The notes below the pieces were generated by a model. It did not search any database. It was not told the DNA's origin and saw only the letters and a program-made list of their open reading frames with translations. Both the position numbers and the translations under genes were made by a program. Below are positions 63,457 through 64,000 of a stretch of 64,000 nucleotides of DNA, one piece after another; position 1 is the first letter of the stretch; each line of letters starts with the position of its first letter. This DNA is from an uncultured Clostridia bacterium (GTDB lineage: Bacteria > Bacillota > Clostridia > Christensenellales > CAG-917). The stretch is from the NCBI GenBank assembly GCA_934277615.1, contig CAKQUV010000002.1, positions 98,855 through 162,854 of the forward strand. The letters are read 5' to 3'.

Positions 63457-63801
63457 ATGCACGAGTTAGGAGTGGTTTTTCACATTGCGGACATAGTGAG
63501 CGACGTCGCTCGCAAGAACAACGCGTCCAAAATTGCAAAGGTCGTCATGCAAATCGGCGAGGTTTCCACCGTCGTCAACGACCAACTCATCGATTGCTGG
63601 AATTGGAACGCCAACCGCACCGTCCTTCTCAAAGGTTGTAAAATAGAAGTGGAAACCATTCCTGCCGTCACCTATTGCGAGGATTGCAAAAAAGAGTATC
63701 CCACCGTTCAATACGGCAAAATTTGCCCCTACTGTGGCAGTGAGCATACTTATCTTTTGCGAGGGAACGAAGTCCAAATCAAAGAAATCCTCGTGGAATA
63801 A
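63457..63801 (+). CDS. hypA: HypA-type nickel insertion / zinc-finger metallochaperone
   Basis: MHELGV N-terminus (MHE nickel site) and a CEDC...CPYC zinc site. 114 aa. The stop lies inside palindromic element copy 4. Confidence 0.85.
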   Translation: MHELGVVFHIADIVSDVARKNNASKIAKVVMQIGEVSTVVNDQLIDCWNWNANRTVLLKGCKIEVETIPAVTYCEDCKKEYPTVQYGKICPYCGSEHTYLLRGNEVQIKEILVE

Positions 63802-63923
63802 GGGCTCAAATAGCGAATAACTTCGGCAGAGCCGTCCGCCCGTCAACTCATTTACGCTTAGTAAATTAGGGTTGCCGTTCGGACGGCTCTTTCTTGTTCT
63901 TCATCTATTTGAGCTCTTATTCT
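63797..63923 (+). repeat. ~125-bp imperfect palindrome with attC-like geometry, copy 4
   Basis: GAATAAGGGCTCAAATAGC-GAATAAC(63815-63821)-ttcggc-AGAGCCGTCCGCCCGTCAACTCATTTACGCTTAGTAAATTAGGGTTGCCGTTCGGACGGCTCT-ttctt-GTTCTTC(63896-63902)-ATCTATTTGAGCTCTTATTC. Confidence 0.8.
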
Positions 63924-64000
63924 ATTGCGCATTAGTCAAAGCTTCTTGTGCATCAACTCACGTACGTACTAGTACGTTAGGGTTGCTGCCCAAGGGGCTT

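Noticed and set aside
60583-63462. 959-aa ORF on the minus strand covering the whole Fe-S flavoprotein gene.
   Set aside because: It is an antisense shadow ORF. The plus-strand product has clear Fe-S, FAD and GltD motifs and an SD. The minus-strand product is C/F/V/R/H-rich with no motifs or SD. The sense genes avoid TTA/CTA/TCA codons, and this removes antisense stops.
1-64000. Search for tRNA, rRNA, IS elements, transposase, integrase, prophage, CRISPR-cas, restriction-modification or toxin-antitoxin genes.
   Set aside because: None recognised by eye in any frame. Small (<60 aa) ORFs were not systematically evaluated, so small toxins or antitoxins could be missed.

Overview
The window looks like a chromosomal segment of a Firmicutes/Clostridia-like anaerobe, roughly 50% GC by eye. 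Supporting signs are AddAB, CIRCE, ECF-type ThiT, THF and TPP riboswitches, an anSME-type radical SAM enzyme, and strong GGAGG ribosome-binding sites. Most of it is housekeeping or accessory metabolism: GH27 alpha-galactosidase, P-type ATPase, HU, and a class-III aminotransferase next to a tandem class-II aldolase. There is also a THF-riboswitch-controlled folate operon (folC-folE-folP-folBK), a CaCA exchanger, mscL, and a TPP-riboswitch thiT with a thiamine pyrophosphokinase. Further genes include clpB with a CIRCE operator, TetR plus a heterodimeric ABC exporter, addBA, corA, ppdK, and xpt with a BMP-type nucleoside ABC importer. A hypB-hypB-[Fe-S flavoprotein]-hypA operon closes the window. 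I found no rRNA, tRNA, CRISPR, transposase, integrase or phage genes. The unusual content is mostly non-coding, in three repeat families that sit between stop codons and terminators. (1) Four ~125-bp imperfect palindromes overlap the upstream stop codon and have integron attC-like geometry; two of them bracket a small gene like a cassette. (2) Three arrays consist of 4-5 covarying GC hairpins separated by a constant AATATCACT linker. (3) Three copies of a 0.5-0.7 kb mosaic hairpin element each start with a TTAATTAATAATT leader that has stops in all three forward frames. Other items worth a second look are an orphan tandem-TIR protein in an AT-richer islet beside an unexplained 400-nt non-coding stretch, two adjacent acidic paralogs sharing a novel C-terminal domain, and an A7 frameshift. 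All coordinates of non-ORF features were read by eye and are approximate to a few nt.
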